This document shows, piece after piece, positions 25,200 to 38,325 of a stretch of DNA of 64,000 bases. The first letter of the stretch is position 1. Each line of letters starts with the position of its first letter. Origin of the DNA: Eledone cirrhosa. Taxonomy: Eukaryota. A model generated the notes under the pieces. The model saw only the letters and a list, made by a program, of their open reading frames with translations. It was not told the DNA's origin and searched no databases. The DNA lies in contig OZ024742.1 in assembly GCA_964016885.1 (NCBI GenBank), forward strand, positions 156,674,001 through 156,738,000, given 5' to 3'. The position numbers were made by a program, and so were the translations under genes.

Positions 25200-25830
25200 C
25201 ATTAAGCTAAATGCAGCTAGTTTCATCATGGCTATTGAGAGTCGAATTGGATAAAACGGCAATGTTCCTTGTTACATATGCCGTTGAACCAATCAATCAC
25301 CGCGAAAGAATTGTTCCACAGTGCGAGAGGGACCAAACTTCTAATTTCAGGTATAATTCTAACAAGAATCGTTTTACTAAGTCTACCTAAATCGGACTTC
25401 GTAGGGTTAATAAGCCGAATAGAGGGGTTGTTCGGAAAATTGGATTTGTGATCCTTCAGGGTAAAGTGGGGAGAGATAGGGTCCAGAGGTTCGGTCCGGT
25501 CCAGGTGTGATGATCAGATGTGATTTTAAACCCAGCATCGTTGATTTCATTGATGACGCACAGATTAGTTTTACGGTAATCCTTAGTTACATCATTATGT
25601 AGTAGTTTATGGTAAGTACTGCGCTCCACTTGATATAGGTTGCCAGTTTTGTCGGAATGGACGTGCACGGCATTAGAATCCTTAATAGAACGAATTCTAT
25701 TCTTCAGGTCTTGCTGGAAGGAATTGCTCCTATTCCGAAATTTGATATTCCAAATGAGTTCCAAGACATCATTTTCGAAGGGTAGCAATGCTGGGTTCCA
25801 CGGAGGGTTATTATAAGTTTAAAATCCAAA
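25200..25830 (-). pseudogene. PLE reverse transcriptase N-terminal fragment
   Basis: FENDVLELIWNIKFR..FQQDLK...SDKTGNLYQV..YHKLL, then after a frameshift TLKDHKSNFPNNPSIRLINPTKSDLGRLSKTIL...LWNNSFAVIDWF. Confidence 0.85.
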
Positions 25831-25902
<72 letters not shown>

Positions 25903-26149
25903 AAAAGATAACAAAGACGATTGTTTACTCCTTCATTATATTTATTGGTAGGTGAACCGCGTTCGCCACTGATTAGCTCAAGATTCGGTCTGTATCGATA
26001 TTACCCGAGTCAACAATCCGCAGCTCGACGGATCCATTCTACACTCTGTATAGCTCAACACCTCGACACAGAAGTAAACCTAAACATTGAGTGCTCACCC
26101 GGTTGAACCTACAGTAACTCCAAGTTACACTCCCTATATATATATATAT

Positions 26150-26790
26150 ATATATACCTTCGGTTGGTGCGAGCAACGGCTAAAAAAGTCGTTGGGACAC
26201 GTAAATAAAGGGGACGCGAGGGTAAACAAACAAAATGGTGAGGCAACAGAAAGTGAGGAAGAATGAGACAAGTTCCAGATTTCTATGAATTTAAGTTCGG
26301 TGAAATCGTGAACCAGAGAATAAAGACCATCAAACCTGGTTGAAATGTGAGCAAGGAAGGAATTTCGCACAGGTCTAACGGGAGGAAGAAGGGGTCTGGT
26401 CTGCGAATTCGGTAAACATAAGTTCTGTGAAATCGTAGACGAGAGAGAAAAAATTCCGACCAGCTTGGCCGAGAATGTGAGAGAAAAGAGTTACTCACAG
26501 GTCAAACGGGAAGAAAGAGGAGGAAGAGGAGAGGTAGTGACAGAGAATGAGTGAGTGATGGGTGAGGTAAGGAAGAGGCTAACAGAGAGAGAGACTGCTA
26601 GAAAGGGTAAAGATACATAGAACGAAAAAGACGGTGTAGCAGCAGAGGAAAAAATATGTGTAAATATGATAATAAGGGCGCTGCGGAGTTGCAAATGGGT
26701 TACATATGAAACAAGTTTGTCCTTCATCAGTGATCTTCCAACTATCATAGGCATTTCATCGCTTTAAAGACCATATACCTCCGGTTGGTA
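26150..26790. mobile_element. (TA)n-flanked ~620-bp element with short terminal direct repeats
   Basis: ATATACCT(T/C)CGGTTGGT at both ends; degenerate CTGATGAAGGAC motif on the minus strand near 26730. Confidence 0.5.
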
Positions 26791-26819
26791 TATATATATA
26801 TATATATATGTATACATAT

Positions 26820-27055
26820 ATGCGTGTATGTGTGTAAAAGGTAAGCTGAACTAATAACTCAATCGGTACAGTATATGGAAGGAATATATTAGCTTAACGC
26901 TTGAAATAGCAGGAAAGGGGTATTACTGTTTTGGACGCTAGTCCTTCATCAGAAGAAATAATGAGAAATGAGATAGGTTGAAGGGACAGGGAGGTTTTAA
27001 TTGGAAAAAAACATCTTTAGTTAAAAATAACAGGTCCATTCGTGGTGACATCTCT
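26820..27055 (-). mobile_element. Pseudo-LTR fragment with degenerate hammerhead; related copy at 36570-36800
   Basis: Minus strand CTT-CTGATGA-A-GGAC-TAGC-GTCC followed by AAAA (here) or GCAA-CG-TT-AAG (36664-36696). The two loci are clearly homologous. Confidence 0.6.
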
Positions 27056-29739
27056 GCGTATATACATATTACCAGCGAAAGATGCACACATATCAACATC
27101 TATATAAGAAAAAGCGCAACTGTATTTGTTCAAAATTGCATTTAAGTTTGGCGTAACAGTCTGTTTAATTATCTCATTATATGTTTCAATATATCTCTTT
27201 CTCTCTATTTGTTTATGTGGTTTGGAATTGAATCGGAGCGAATAAAATAATGTTATGGTTAATCAAATATCTCGCCGTTCCTGTATCAACAAATGCTGGA
27301 TATAATATCAATTACATTTCAGATCGTGGAACGTATGATTCTCTCCATATACAAAATAACATATTAATCGAAATATCTCCACCCTACTGCCTTTCGTATT
27401 TACCTCATGGATATCTTCCTTGTGTTTTAGCTACATTTATATCTACAAAATTTACAATTTACTATAAACAATTTGCAATAGAATGTCTTTCGGTTACATT
27501 GTAACTAATCAGACGATAATGTTGAAGCTAGTATATTTGTTGTTGGATAAGTTTTCTTATTAACGAGTGTTTTTATAGGCAAACTCATCTCACAAAGGAA
27601 GATAAGATATAGTTTAATACACGAAGTTATTTGGAATATTTTACTGTACAATCATATTCAAAGTTATCTCAGCAAAAATGTTTTTATTCATTAGAGATAA
27701 AATGAAAACTATTGAAATAATGCTTCCCATTTGAAAATAAATATAAAACATTTCACAATTTATTGACAATGATACTTAGTTTAGACAAAACGTAATATTC
27801 AACACAAATATAGCAAGAATGAAATGGAAAAAGAAATATACCATCAACAACTCTTTAATTTCATTTGTCGCGTTAACAATTTCTCATATCATTCTTTACG
27901 ATTAATATGAAGATGTACGTTCTTACCAGATGTCTAGCGACAATCATTTCATTTGAAAGAGGAATATTCTGAAACACTTCAACCAATTCTGCTTTAAATC
28001 ACACAGCTACCATGTATAGGAAATAATGTATTCTATATTTAATCTAATGTAATGCTACTCTCAAACTGCAGACTTGGTATGACATTTTCCTATAGAGATT
28101 AGTGGCAACATATAGAGCAGCTGTAACGTCACACATCACTTGAGACACTGACGTATATTAGTTATCGACAGTGACATAAACTTCCACTGACTTAAACTTC
28201 CACTCAGATTTCAACAAACAAAACGTGTGTTCGTAAGTGCTTATGAGTGTAAATGTTAGTGCGACTGTGTATTTATTTTTATCAAAGTGTATATTACTAT
28301 GTCTCTTAATTATCAAAAGCCTTGATTTTTTTTTCAATACACTGTGAGGGGTTTATTTATTTTTCAGAAGAGCATCTGGTGAATATAGCAGATACTATTT
28401 ACAATGATATTCACAAATCGTTATACCTCATTAGTTTCGAATTATTTTTGTCGTTGTTTGATCCTGCGCACAAATTATATAATCCAGTTACATATTACTA
28501 ATTCTATATATTACCATGTAACGGAATTGCATAAAATAAAGGTATTATCCCACATGAATTACTACTATCAGGAATTCTCACTATCTGGAAATCGTCTCTA
28601 CCCAATTGGTCAATATCAAGTGGAAAAACATTACGTTTTTTCAGAATGCTTTGAAACATCAAATCAACGACTACACAGCTCGAAATACATAACTAAGCGT
28701 TATATTTCTGTAACCATTTATGAAGTTAATATATTTTTCCACTGGAGACAATATCCTCACTTCATCATCTATAATACTGCATATAGTAGCACATTATAAA
28801 GGCCTATATTGTTCTTCTTTTTTCACAACTCCTGTGCAATATTGGAACGGAAATTAACTAATTCTTCTAGACAATCTCCCATAGCATAACGCTTTTCTTA
28901 AGTAAAGCATTTTTGAAACAAAAAATAGCACTATACATTTCTTCATATCTGTAGATTCATTTATATAATGGAATTATATTGAGTTAATTGTTTTTAACCT
29001 AATATCTATGTTTTTAACCTAATATCTATGAGTGCTGAATACTTTCTAATCATGGCTAATAGCAAACATATTTTCAATTAAATAAATATCCATTTCAAAT
29101 ATGAGAAAATAGATATCAATTCTAACTATTTATGTCTGATAATATTCACTTTGTGAAAATCACTTTAATTGTGATTTTATGGGAAATAAATTGATAAGAA
29201 TAAATTAATACATTGCATTTTACGTTATCGTCACTTATGTATGTTCCACACATGAAATGATGTTCAAATTCAATGACATATACCGCAACTAAAATCCCAC
29301 ATTTGACATTATTCTCATCTCACACCTAAAATGGGAGGTTTTCTAACATATACTACTTTATAATTCGTAAATAATAGCGATTCTACAGCTTGGTTAAGAC
29401 GTTTAAATATCCGTAAGAACTACAATACATACAATAAATACATTAATTGCCCAAATAAATTAGATTATATCAATTGATTATATCAAAGGTTAAAATGTTC
29501 ACGGTGCTTCTCAAAATATATTGATATTTGTTGAAACCGGGAACTGAAAGGATTTATGAAAAAAGGTAATGTTCATTAAGCTCAACATCAAGCAATATAC
29601 ACAGATATAATTTAGATGGTTTACAATTTGCTTCGGAAAAGTTAGGAATATTGTTAATTTAGTTACACAATGAAGGTATCGAATGCATTACACAGTCGTT
29701 TCTCACGCATCCCATTTATTCCGGTACTTATCGAATTCC

Positions 29740-29975
29740 CTTAGTTGGGTACAGCCAGAAAGGATCCTGGATGAAATTATACCCAATGTTAAACCACTAG
29801 CGAGGCACAGCCTATGGAATAGTATAAAAGTACTCACCTCAATAACTAAACCACTTTTGGTAACAGATTACACACGAAATATCACACCCATTAGTGATCA
29901 GGAAACCGACGTAATTCTCAACGCAAAGAAGACTAACTTATTGTTTGAAAACTACACCCCACCTGGATAAAAAGG
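29740..29975 (+). pseudogene. PLE reverse transcriptase fragment
   Basis: RILDEIIPNVK...LWNS...SITKPLL...TPISDQETDVILNAKKTNLLF...W-IK, matching the Neptune-type RT pattern and the 25.2-25.8 kb fragment. Confidence 0.6.
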
Positions 29976-30992
29976 GCCCAGGTTAGTAGCATACTGCTAC
30001 TTGAAACAGATCAATATGTGTTCATTATTTCGGAGTAAAATTAACCATACCAGCATATACATCTCTAAATATCGACTCTCTGATCTGCAAGTTACGCATA
30101 TTGGGTACATTTCTCACTTAAAGAATAGCCAACATTGGTTGTTTAAGTGGAGCAACTTGCTAAAAAATGGTTGGTCAGTTTTGATTCATAATTTCAACGA
30201 TATAAGTTTTCTTACTTTCTCTCTTATCTTCATACACAACATAGACCTTTCTTTTTCATATTTTTATTATTATTAGACTTACATGATATATGCCATAAAA
30301 CACGAATTTAATTAGGACTTGACTTGGATTCGTGGAGAGGCAACGCACCTGTATATTGAATGGCCATGGTTTTTGCAAATGTTATTATCTTTGAAACATA
30401 CTAATGCAATGAATAACGAACAATTGCCCAAGCAACAAGGATCTTTTCGTTTTCTATACAACCTTGTAGTCGGTAAGTTGACTGGATAAATATAAATTTC
30501 TAATTAAGAGAAAGATACAAGATATACATATAAATAAATTAACACACATACTACGCAATTTGTGAAAACAATGTGTTACCACTAATATAAAATTATGCCA
30601 AATGTCTCTATGAAGCAACATCTCTTGACATTGCTTACGCAATTTCAATTGCTGTGGTTTGTGCATCATTGCTAGAAGCTAGCTCCTTATTTACAGGAAG
30701 AATGCAAATAACTGTAAACACACAACTGATCATTTAATCAGAGAGCGTTCCAGTAACAAATCATTGTGGTAGCGATGGTATACACTGTTCACGCACACGC
30801 ACACGCACACACACAATGAATATATATATATACATATAAATATATATATATACATATAGTAATAAGAATATTTATATTTATATATGTTTAATACAGCTAT
30901 AAATATGTAGGGTAGTACTAAGTACTAGCCGGTTACCCGTATGGCAAAAGGCTCAATGCAAATTTTCAAGTGTTTTACAGAGCCGAGATACA

Positions 30993-31608
30993 AAGTGTTA
31001 TAACGATCAAATTTTAGTTTAGAACATTTATTTGCTGACAATTGTTTCTTCCAACGGGAAGTCTGGTATCATCGGATCATAGGTAATCTTGAAACATGTA
31101 ACTAAAATCCTAGTCATTTAGAACATTTAGGGTACATAATTGTTTTTAGTGTCAAATGCATCATGTGGAGAGTTAGGAGTTAAAAAGATGTTTTTCTTAA
31201 AAGAACACAATTACAGGTTGCACTGGTTGAGAGTGTAAGATGAAAAGCACAAACAAAAAAATAAGCCTTATTGACTGTATTGACTCCTGCATTGTACAAC
31301 AATTTTCCTTGCTTGTAACTTGTTTTCCCTGTATTGTTTACCCTGATTTCTTTTTGCTTGTGCTTTTCGGTTATACATCTTACACTCTCAACCAGTGCTA
31401 CCTGTCATTGTGTTCTTTCAAGCAAAACATCTGTTTAACTCCTGACTCTCCACATGATGCCTTTGACACTAAAAACAAGTATGTACCCTAAATGTTCTAA
31501 ATGACTAGGATGTTAGTTACATGTTTCAACATTCCCTATGCTCCAATGATTGAAACAATTGTCAGCAAATAAATGTTCTGAACTAAAATTTGATCGTTAT
31601 AGCACTTT
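30993..31608. mobile_element. Head-to-head palindromic pseudo-LTR element with degenerate hammerhead
   Basis: About 30993-31255 is the reverse complement of 31357-31608. Minus strand 31033-31080 reads TGAT-CCGATGA-..-GAAA-CAATTG-TC-AGCA. Confidence 0.75.
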
Positions 31609-33622
31609 GTATATATATATATATACATCTATATATATTTCTTCGGTGATCATATATGATATTGGAACTAGTTATTTTTGGAAGTGATATCTGTAAGTTT
31701 GCAAGAGAAATTCTATTGTTGACTATGATTATCAAACAGGTTTGTATGTTTGGATTTCCGAAAATTATGATGTCACCAAGCATCTCAGTATTGAATTATG
31801 TGTCAAATTATTATTTGCCGATAAATATATTTGAAGTTTAATATATGTGTAGGTAAAATATTTAGTAGAGTGAATGGGTACAGCCGACATAATATATCGA
31901 CATTGATACTTATATTACGAAACTAATGTAATTGAAATTTCGACATTGACAATATTGGAACGCAGTTAGACGCTCTAATAATATTAACGTATGTTTGTCC
32001 TAGAATATCTAACACTTTTCTAAATATTAATATAAATAATACTTTCGAAATTTTATTAAAATCGAAGAGAAGTTCATATTATTTGAGATTGATTTCTTTT
32101 ATTTAGCTGATAAGTTGATACAATTTGCAATTTTAATATAGAAATTAATAATCTCCGTTTCAAACGGCAGCTTTTGACCAAGATTGAATTTAGATTATTG
32201 ATTTATATATCTTAAGTATAAAACGCATATTTTTCTAAAATACAATATTTGAAAGACTCCGTGCGTTTTATCTCACATACTTCACAAATAATGGGAAATA
32301 ATTAAGGTAATACAAGGAAATTTTCTTTAAGCATTTGATGTCGTTTATTATTATTTTCAAAACAGATTTATTGTCAAACGAAACATATATATATATAGAA
32401 AAGTAATGATTAATAAAATAAATCAAATAAACAAGTAATTAGAAAGAAATTCTCTTTTCTAAAACAACAACTAACGTGAGGCCGTATGAATTTAAATTCA
32501 TTTCAGTATCATTAAATGCCGCACTCATTTGAATTATTTCTTTGTTCAACGGGTGTATAAGAGCTTTGTGATGTAATGTTGTCTTTTTTATTATTATTTT
32601 AGACATTTCGTTAAATTGTAATTCGAAAGCAGAAATGTACACGTTATATTTTGATGGCATAGAATTTGATATAATGAAAACCATCAGTAAAGGTAATGAA
32701 GCGTCGTCAGCAGTATTTGTTTTATTGAATTTTCTATTATCGTTCTTTTACATGTAATTATAATCTACTTTGAAATACAAACTCCATATGAATAAAGCTA
32801 AACTTAAGTGATGCTCTCATATCATTATCGCTTTCGAGATTCATCATTATATCCAATTTTATAGTTACCTCTATTATGTTGAAAATATTTTCAGTCCCCC
32901 AACAAATTGTAATTTAACAAAATTATATTTATACTGCTATTTGCCCAATGGAATCTCAAAAAATAGCAGTGATTAGCACACGATAGCGCTGTTGATTAAC
33001 GGCAAAGCCACTCGACTGTCAAAGGTGACATGCATTTTTCGCTTTATATTTGCTTTCTATTTCTGTGATGTGTACGTTTTATTTTGACAGTGAATATCTC
33101 TATGAACCAATGTTTTTCACTCTAGCTTACTTACAGTAAGTAATGCTTATTACATAAATGTGGTACCCTCGTCTCGGAGCATGACAATTCCTTCTTGTTA
33201 ACTTATTTCTGATAAAGTGCAATAATTAAAACGTAATGTATAAAATTGGGCATTGGATTATTCAGTCAACGCATGTAGACGGTCAGAAGCACATGTTAAA
33301 GATTGAAAACACAATATATTTCGCTCTGATTAATTTATTAATTATCCATTGAGCCACATCGTGAAAAGTTGCAAAGATACATATATACCTGTTACTTTAT
33401 TTAATTGGTGTATGTGTAAATATTTATATTTAATAATCTCCCATAAGGTTGAGATACAAATTTGGGCGATATTGGGCTGCGCTTTCTAGCAACCAACCCA
33501 CTCGCCGTAAGCAACCAATCACACCCTTCCTGACTTGACCACTGCCACGTCACAGTTCACAACCATTTTGAATTCGTGTTTGGCGGGGGCCACTTCGGAA
33601 AATAATATGTCTTAGTGAGTTT

Positions 33623-33702
33623 ATCCCCTGAAGAGCTCTAAACTCGAGTATGAACCTTAAATAAGGTAACTCAAAAGAGAGCGAAACCCATGGTGTCGGG
33701 AT
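33623..33702 (+). ncRNA. Type I hammerhead ribozyme, canonical core
   Basis: ATCCC-CTGAAGA-GCTCT[GAGT..ACCTTA-AA-TAAGGT..ACTC]AGAGC-GAAA-CCCATGGTG-TC-GGGAT; GUC cleavage triplet, predicted cut after 33697. Confidence 0.85.
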
Positions 33703-34095
33703 TTAGTGATTTAGCCAGGTGGTGCTATTAAGTTAGACATGGCCTGGGCCAATACTGGCCAAAACATTTCAAAGTTATTCAAAGTTATTCAAAGTTATAA
33801 TCCTGGTATGTATATAAGCATTTCTAACATTAATTTTACCTAATTATGTATCGTTGACCGTATATTTAATTCATTTCCACGTGCTGTTGAAATGTTGGGT
33901 AGATATTCTATAGCGGTTGCACGCGAAGACGCCGCAATGGCGTATGTATTTACTGTTTCTTCATAGATGCCTTGTATTCTTATAGCCTGGTCTAATTGAT
34001 TTTTTGAGTTGTTAATTATGGTGATTGGGAGTAGAGATGATGTATATATATATTATCAAATAATTCTCTGGAGACGCTTTACTCTATAGCATATA

Positions 34096-34159
<64 letters not shown>

Positions 34160-34389
34160 GAAACACACAGATACATGCGGATACACACATATATACATGA
34201 ATGCATCAGCACCCAACTGTGAGTTAAGGGTGCCAACTTCACCGATGTTGCTCAATGAATGACTGGGACAGACCAATTCAGTTGAAATAGACTGAACCAG
34301 TATCAGAGTTAAAAATACATTATGAAGAGAGAAGAAACATTTAGATATAATTAGTAATAAAATGTATCATACCTAAACTGCTCCTAAAT

Positions 34390-34477
34390 TCCTCGACTAC
34401 GTAGTTTCGTGGCATAAACAAAAACAATATATCAAAGATATAGAGTCCTTGCGAGGTCTGCCGACTTATCAAGAGGA
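34390..34477 (-). ncRNA. Type I hammerhead, U3:A8 variant (copy 1)
   Basis: Minus strand TCCTC-TTGATAA-GT(C)GGCA..TGCCAC-GAAA-CTACGTAG-TC-GAGGA; perfect palindromic stem III ACTACGTAGT. Confidence 0.8.
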
Positions 34478-34982
34478 TACCTCATTTTACTAGTCTCAAG
34501 AACGCGTCTACACAACGTGAGAAAGAATCCCAAAAGGCGGAGGGGGAGATAGTCACGCGATATAACGGTCGAGAAACAGAGCTAAGCCTCCTATAACCAC
34601 GAAGAAAATACCACGGAGGCGGAGGGGGTATTCATATCGAGGCCGTAGAAGAGGTGGTGAAGAAGGCGAGAAGTATGAGTAATGGAAGCTTTCCAGTTGT
34701 CCCCACACTTCAAAGATTGCTCGACCAGAGGGAGTTATTAACAATATATTTAGAAACACACAGATACATGCGGACACACACATATATACATGAATGCATC
34801 CGCACCCAACTGTGAGTTAAGGGTGCCAACTTCACCGACGTTGCTCAATGAATGACTGGGACAGACCAATTCAGTTGAACTAGACTGAACCAGTATCAGA
34901 GTTAAAAATACATTATGAAGAGAGAAGAAACATTTAGATATAATTAGTAATAAAATGTATCATAACTAAACTGCTCCTAAAT

Positions 34983-35070
34983 TCCTCGACTACGTAGTTT
35001 CGTGGCATAAACAAAAACAATATATCAAAGTTATAGAGTCCTTGCGAGGTCTGCCGACTTATCAAGAGGA
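34983..35070 (-). ncRNA. Type I hammerhead, U3:A8 variant (copy 2)
   Basis: Core identical to 34390-34477, offset by 593 bp. Confidence 0.8.
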
Positions 35071-35267
35071 TACCTCATTTTACTAGTCTCAAGAACGCGT
35101 CTACACGACGTGAGAAAGAATCCCAAAAGGCGGAGGGGGAGATAGTCACGCGATATAACGGTCGAGAAACAGAGCTAAGCCTCCTATAACCACGAAGAAA
35201 ATACCACGGAGGCGGAGGGGGTATTCATATCGAGGCCGAAGAAGAGGTGGTATTTTCTTCGTGGTTA

Positions 35268-35324
<57 letters not shown>

Positions 35325-35326
<2 letters not shown>

Positions 35327-35513
35327 CGAAGGAAATGTGGTAAGGAACCAAGTGGACCATAACGCACCAAAGTACTCAATACTTGAGGTAGTAGAGTGGG
35401 TAATAGGAACCAGTAAGACCCCGACAGCTGAGCTCAAGCCGTTTCGACGGCTAATTCAGTCCAGAATTAGCCGTCGAAACGGCTTGAGCTCAGCTGTCGG
35501 GGTCTTACTGGTT

Positions 35514-35518
<5 letters not shown>
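35325..35518. mobile_element. Fold-back pseudo-LTR fragment containing the 3' half of a hammerhead
   Basis: Perfect ~55-bp-arm hairpin 35403-35518; GAAA-CGGCT-TGAGCTC-AGCTG-TC-GGGG. Same family as 48845-49037 and 54268-54420. Confidence 0.75.
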
Positions 35519-35551
<33 letters not shown>

Positions 35552-35554
35552 CAT

Positions 35555-35648
<94 letters not shown>

Positions 35649-35928
35649 TTATATATATATATATATACATATATATATAAGACCAACATTTCACCATACC
35701 CCCAGAAGTCAAGCGACATTAAAATAGTGGCCACCTTTCAAAAGATATACACCTTTTCTTTCGTGTATGGACATGAATAAATTATAAATTACTCTCTTCC
35801 CGATTGAGCAGATTTCCTTTTCCTTTTTGACACCTAAATACAGAATGAAACACACACATACATACACACACACACATACACACCAACACACACACACACA
35901 CATACACACATGCACACACCCATACACA

Positions 35929-35979
<51 letters not shown>

Positions 35980-35982
<3 letters not shown>

Positions 35983-36526
35983 AAGAATTAGTATATCTAG
36001 TAACATATATATACACAGATGCATACTTATGCTAGCAAATATATAGGTTTTGTCTTAGTAACTTTCTGGTTCAATGCATGCGGATGCAGAAAAATAATAT
36101 GAGAGACGTAAAATAAGAAAATTATAAAATCAACTTACTTACTAAAATTTAACTCCAACTAATTAGTTTCTGAAACGGAATAAACATACTTTCCGAAAAA
36201 ACGTACGGAGAAGCCTTTCGTCATCAGGGAAGTCTATTCTCAGCTAAGTTTCCAGGCAATACGTGGACACAGGGAACTTATCAAAAATAATTCAGTGGAT
36301 GGAAAAAAGCAAAGCGTGGACTAAATTCCAAGCCATTGAAAAAATCACTGCCTACTGCGTTGGTGGCAAATTCAAACGAATCAATCACGTGACATCGAGG
36401 TCAATCAGTGAAGAGTGGTTTGTTAAGAAGACAGCAGCCGGACTGTTACTATAGTAGGAGTTTTGGCCAATTTTTGCTCGACAAATAATTTGGAGATAAT
36501 TATAAAGAATTAGTATATCTAGTAAC

Positions 36527-36535
<9 letters not shown>
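35980..36535. mobile_element. ~520-bp element with terminal direct repeats between microsatellites
   Basis: TAAAGAATTAGTATATCTAGTAACATATAT at 35981 and 36503; degenerate CTGATGA..GAAA on the minus strand at 36185-36230. Confidence 0.5.
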
Positions 36536-36577
<42 letters not shown>

Positions 36578-37695
36578 AAAGGTAAACAGAAATAACAACA
36601 CAATCGGTACAGTATATGAAAGGTATATATTAGGTTAACACTTGATATAGCAGGAAGATCGACTTAACGTTGCGGACGCTAGTCCTTCATCAGAAGAAAG
36701 AATGAGAAATAAAATAGATTAAGGAACCGAGCGGGATGGAATCGGAAAAAATGTCTTCAGATAAAAATAATAGGTCCATTCAAGTAGACATCTCTTATAT
36801 ATATTCAGATCTGCTGGACACCATATTACAACTTCGTTGACTGTAGTGAAGCTTTAATTCGCTCCGTTATTCTGAGGTTGAATCAGGAAACCTTTTTCTT
36901 TGCAGTATAATCGACTGTAATGGTTGACGGTACTCTTGTAATTATTTGCTGTACACCTATATACAGAGATTTGCATTCATTTAAGAGTGATTTGGCAGAA
37001 ATATCGTGAGAAATCAAATATCATTAAGTACGTTTATGAAAATATTTGAATATGATAACATTCCAAATACCAATTGCAGGAAATTCAGTTCATGTATACT
37101 ATTAATCCATATGTGAAGAGAAAATAAACCTCCCTATACATATATGAAATGTTTATTTTATTGAATCGCAAATAGAAATACGAATGTGATATACACACTG
37201 ATGAATCCGAATTGAAATACTATAAGAGTGTAGCATGTATAATGTGTATGTATTTTCAAATATATATGTTTGTGTCCATGTGTGATTGTGTATTTCTATG
37301 CCTTTGTGTTTATGTGTGTGTGTGGGGTGGGGGTGTATGTGGGTGTTTGTGAGTGTGTAAATGTGTATTTGTATATTCGTGCATTAAAATAACTATGTGC
37401 ATAAAAGCATAGCTGGTGAAAAATTATTAATGTAATTGTTATATTAAGATATTAATTCTGCCATTAATAATATAATATATGAAAATCAATTTTCCGGTAC
37501 TGACATGGTGTCAAAGTGAAACGTAAAATAAATAAGATTTATGACTGGAATTTAAATTGATGAATATAGAACACTATGCATGCATGAGAGCCCTGTATAA
37601 ATATGTAGCTCATATAACTCTTATGTTACACATTCGTACTGAATTTCTGCAGTATGTGCATAGCTCTATATTTTCTGAATACTTTAGAGAATAAC

Positions 37696-37882
37696 TGTTT
37701 CTACTTTTGGCACAAGGCCAGCAATTACCCAGTGCATTACTAATACTTTATTTTATCTACCCCGTAAGGATGAAAGGCAAAGTTAACCTCGGTGGGATTT
37801 GAACTCAGAATGGCAAGGGTCGTAACTCTATACGTCAAAGCATAGCGTCCAACCCTCTACCGATACTGCCAATCCAACGCCC
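37696..37882 (-). mobile_element. SINE copy
   Basis: Exact 15-bp TSD ACTTTAGAGAATAAC (37681-37695 / 37883-37897). Confidence 0.92.
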
Positions 37883-37925
37883 ACTTTAGAGAATAACATT
37901 CGCTAACTCTAACTTTCAAACTCTA

Positions 37926-38004
<79 letters not shown>

Positions 38005-38138
38005 CTTTCTCTTTCTTTCTCTCTATCTCTTTCTTTCTTTCTTTCTTTTCTATCTCACTCTCCCTCCCCCTGTCTGTCTCTATCCCTCTCTCTCTTGCTC
38101 TCTCTCTCTCTATCTCTCTGTCTCTCTCCCTATATATA

Positions 38139-38213
<75 letters not shown>

Positions 38214-38220
38214 TTATATA

Positions 38221-38325
38221 TACGGCGTGTCCCCCAAAAATGTATACATATTTTAACAGGACTCTGATAAATATTGCCTATACAGGTCATCAAATTATGT
38301 ATACATATTTTGGGGACACCCAGTA
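38221..38325. mobile_element. Tc1/mariner-type MITE
   Basis: TA-flanked ~28-bp imperfect TIRs CGGCGTGTCCCCCAAAAATGTATACA / TGTATACATATTTTGGGGACACCCAG. Confidence 0.65.

Larger units (their letters stand above)
34155..35270 (-). mobile_element. Tandem 593-bp retrozyme-like element (~1.85 units) within (TA)n, with a short inverted cap
   Basis: Period exactly 593 bp between the two HHRs; cap GTGGTATTTTCTTCGTGGTTATA (35247-35269) is the inverse of 35185-35207. Confidence 0.9.

Noticed and set aside
28404-28799. 131-aa ORF in unique sequence
   Set aside because: No recognisable motif, and its composition is as expected for AT-rich non-coding DNA; mentioned only within a low-interest finding.
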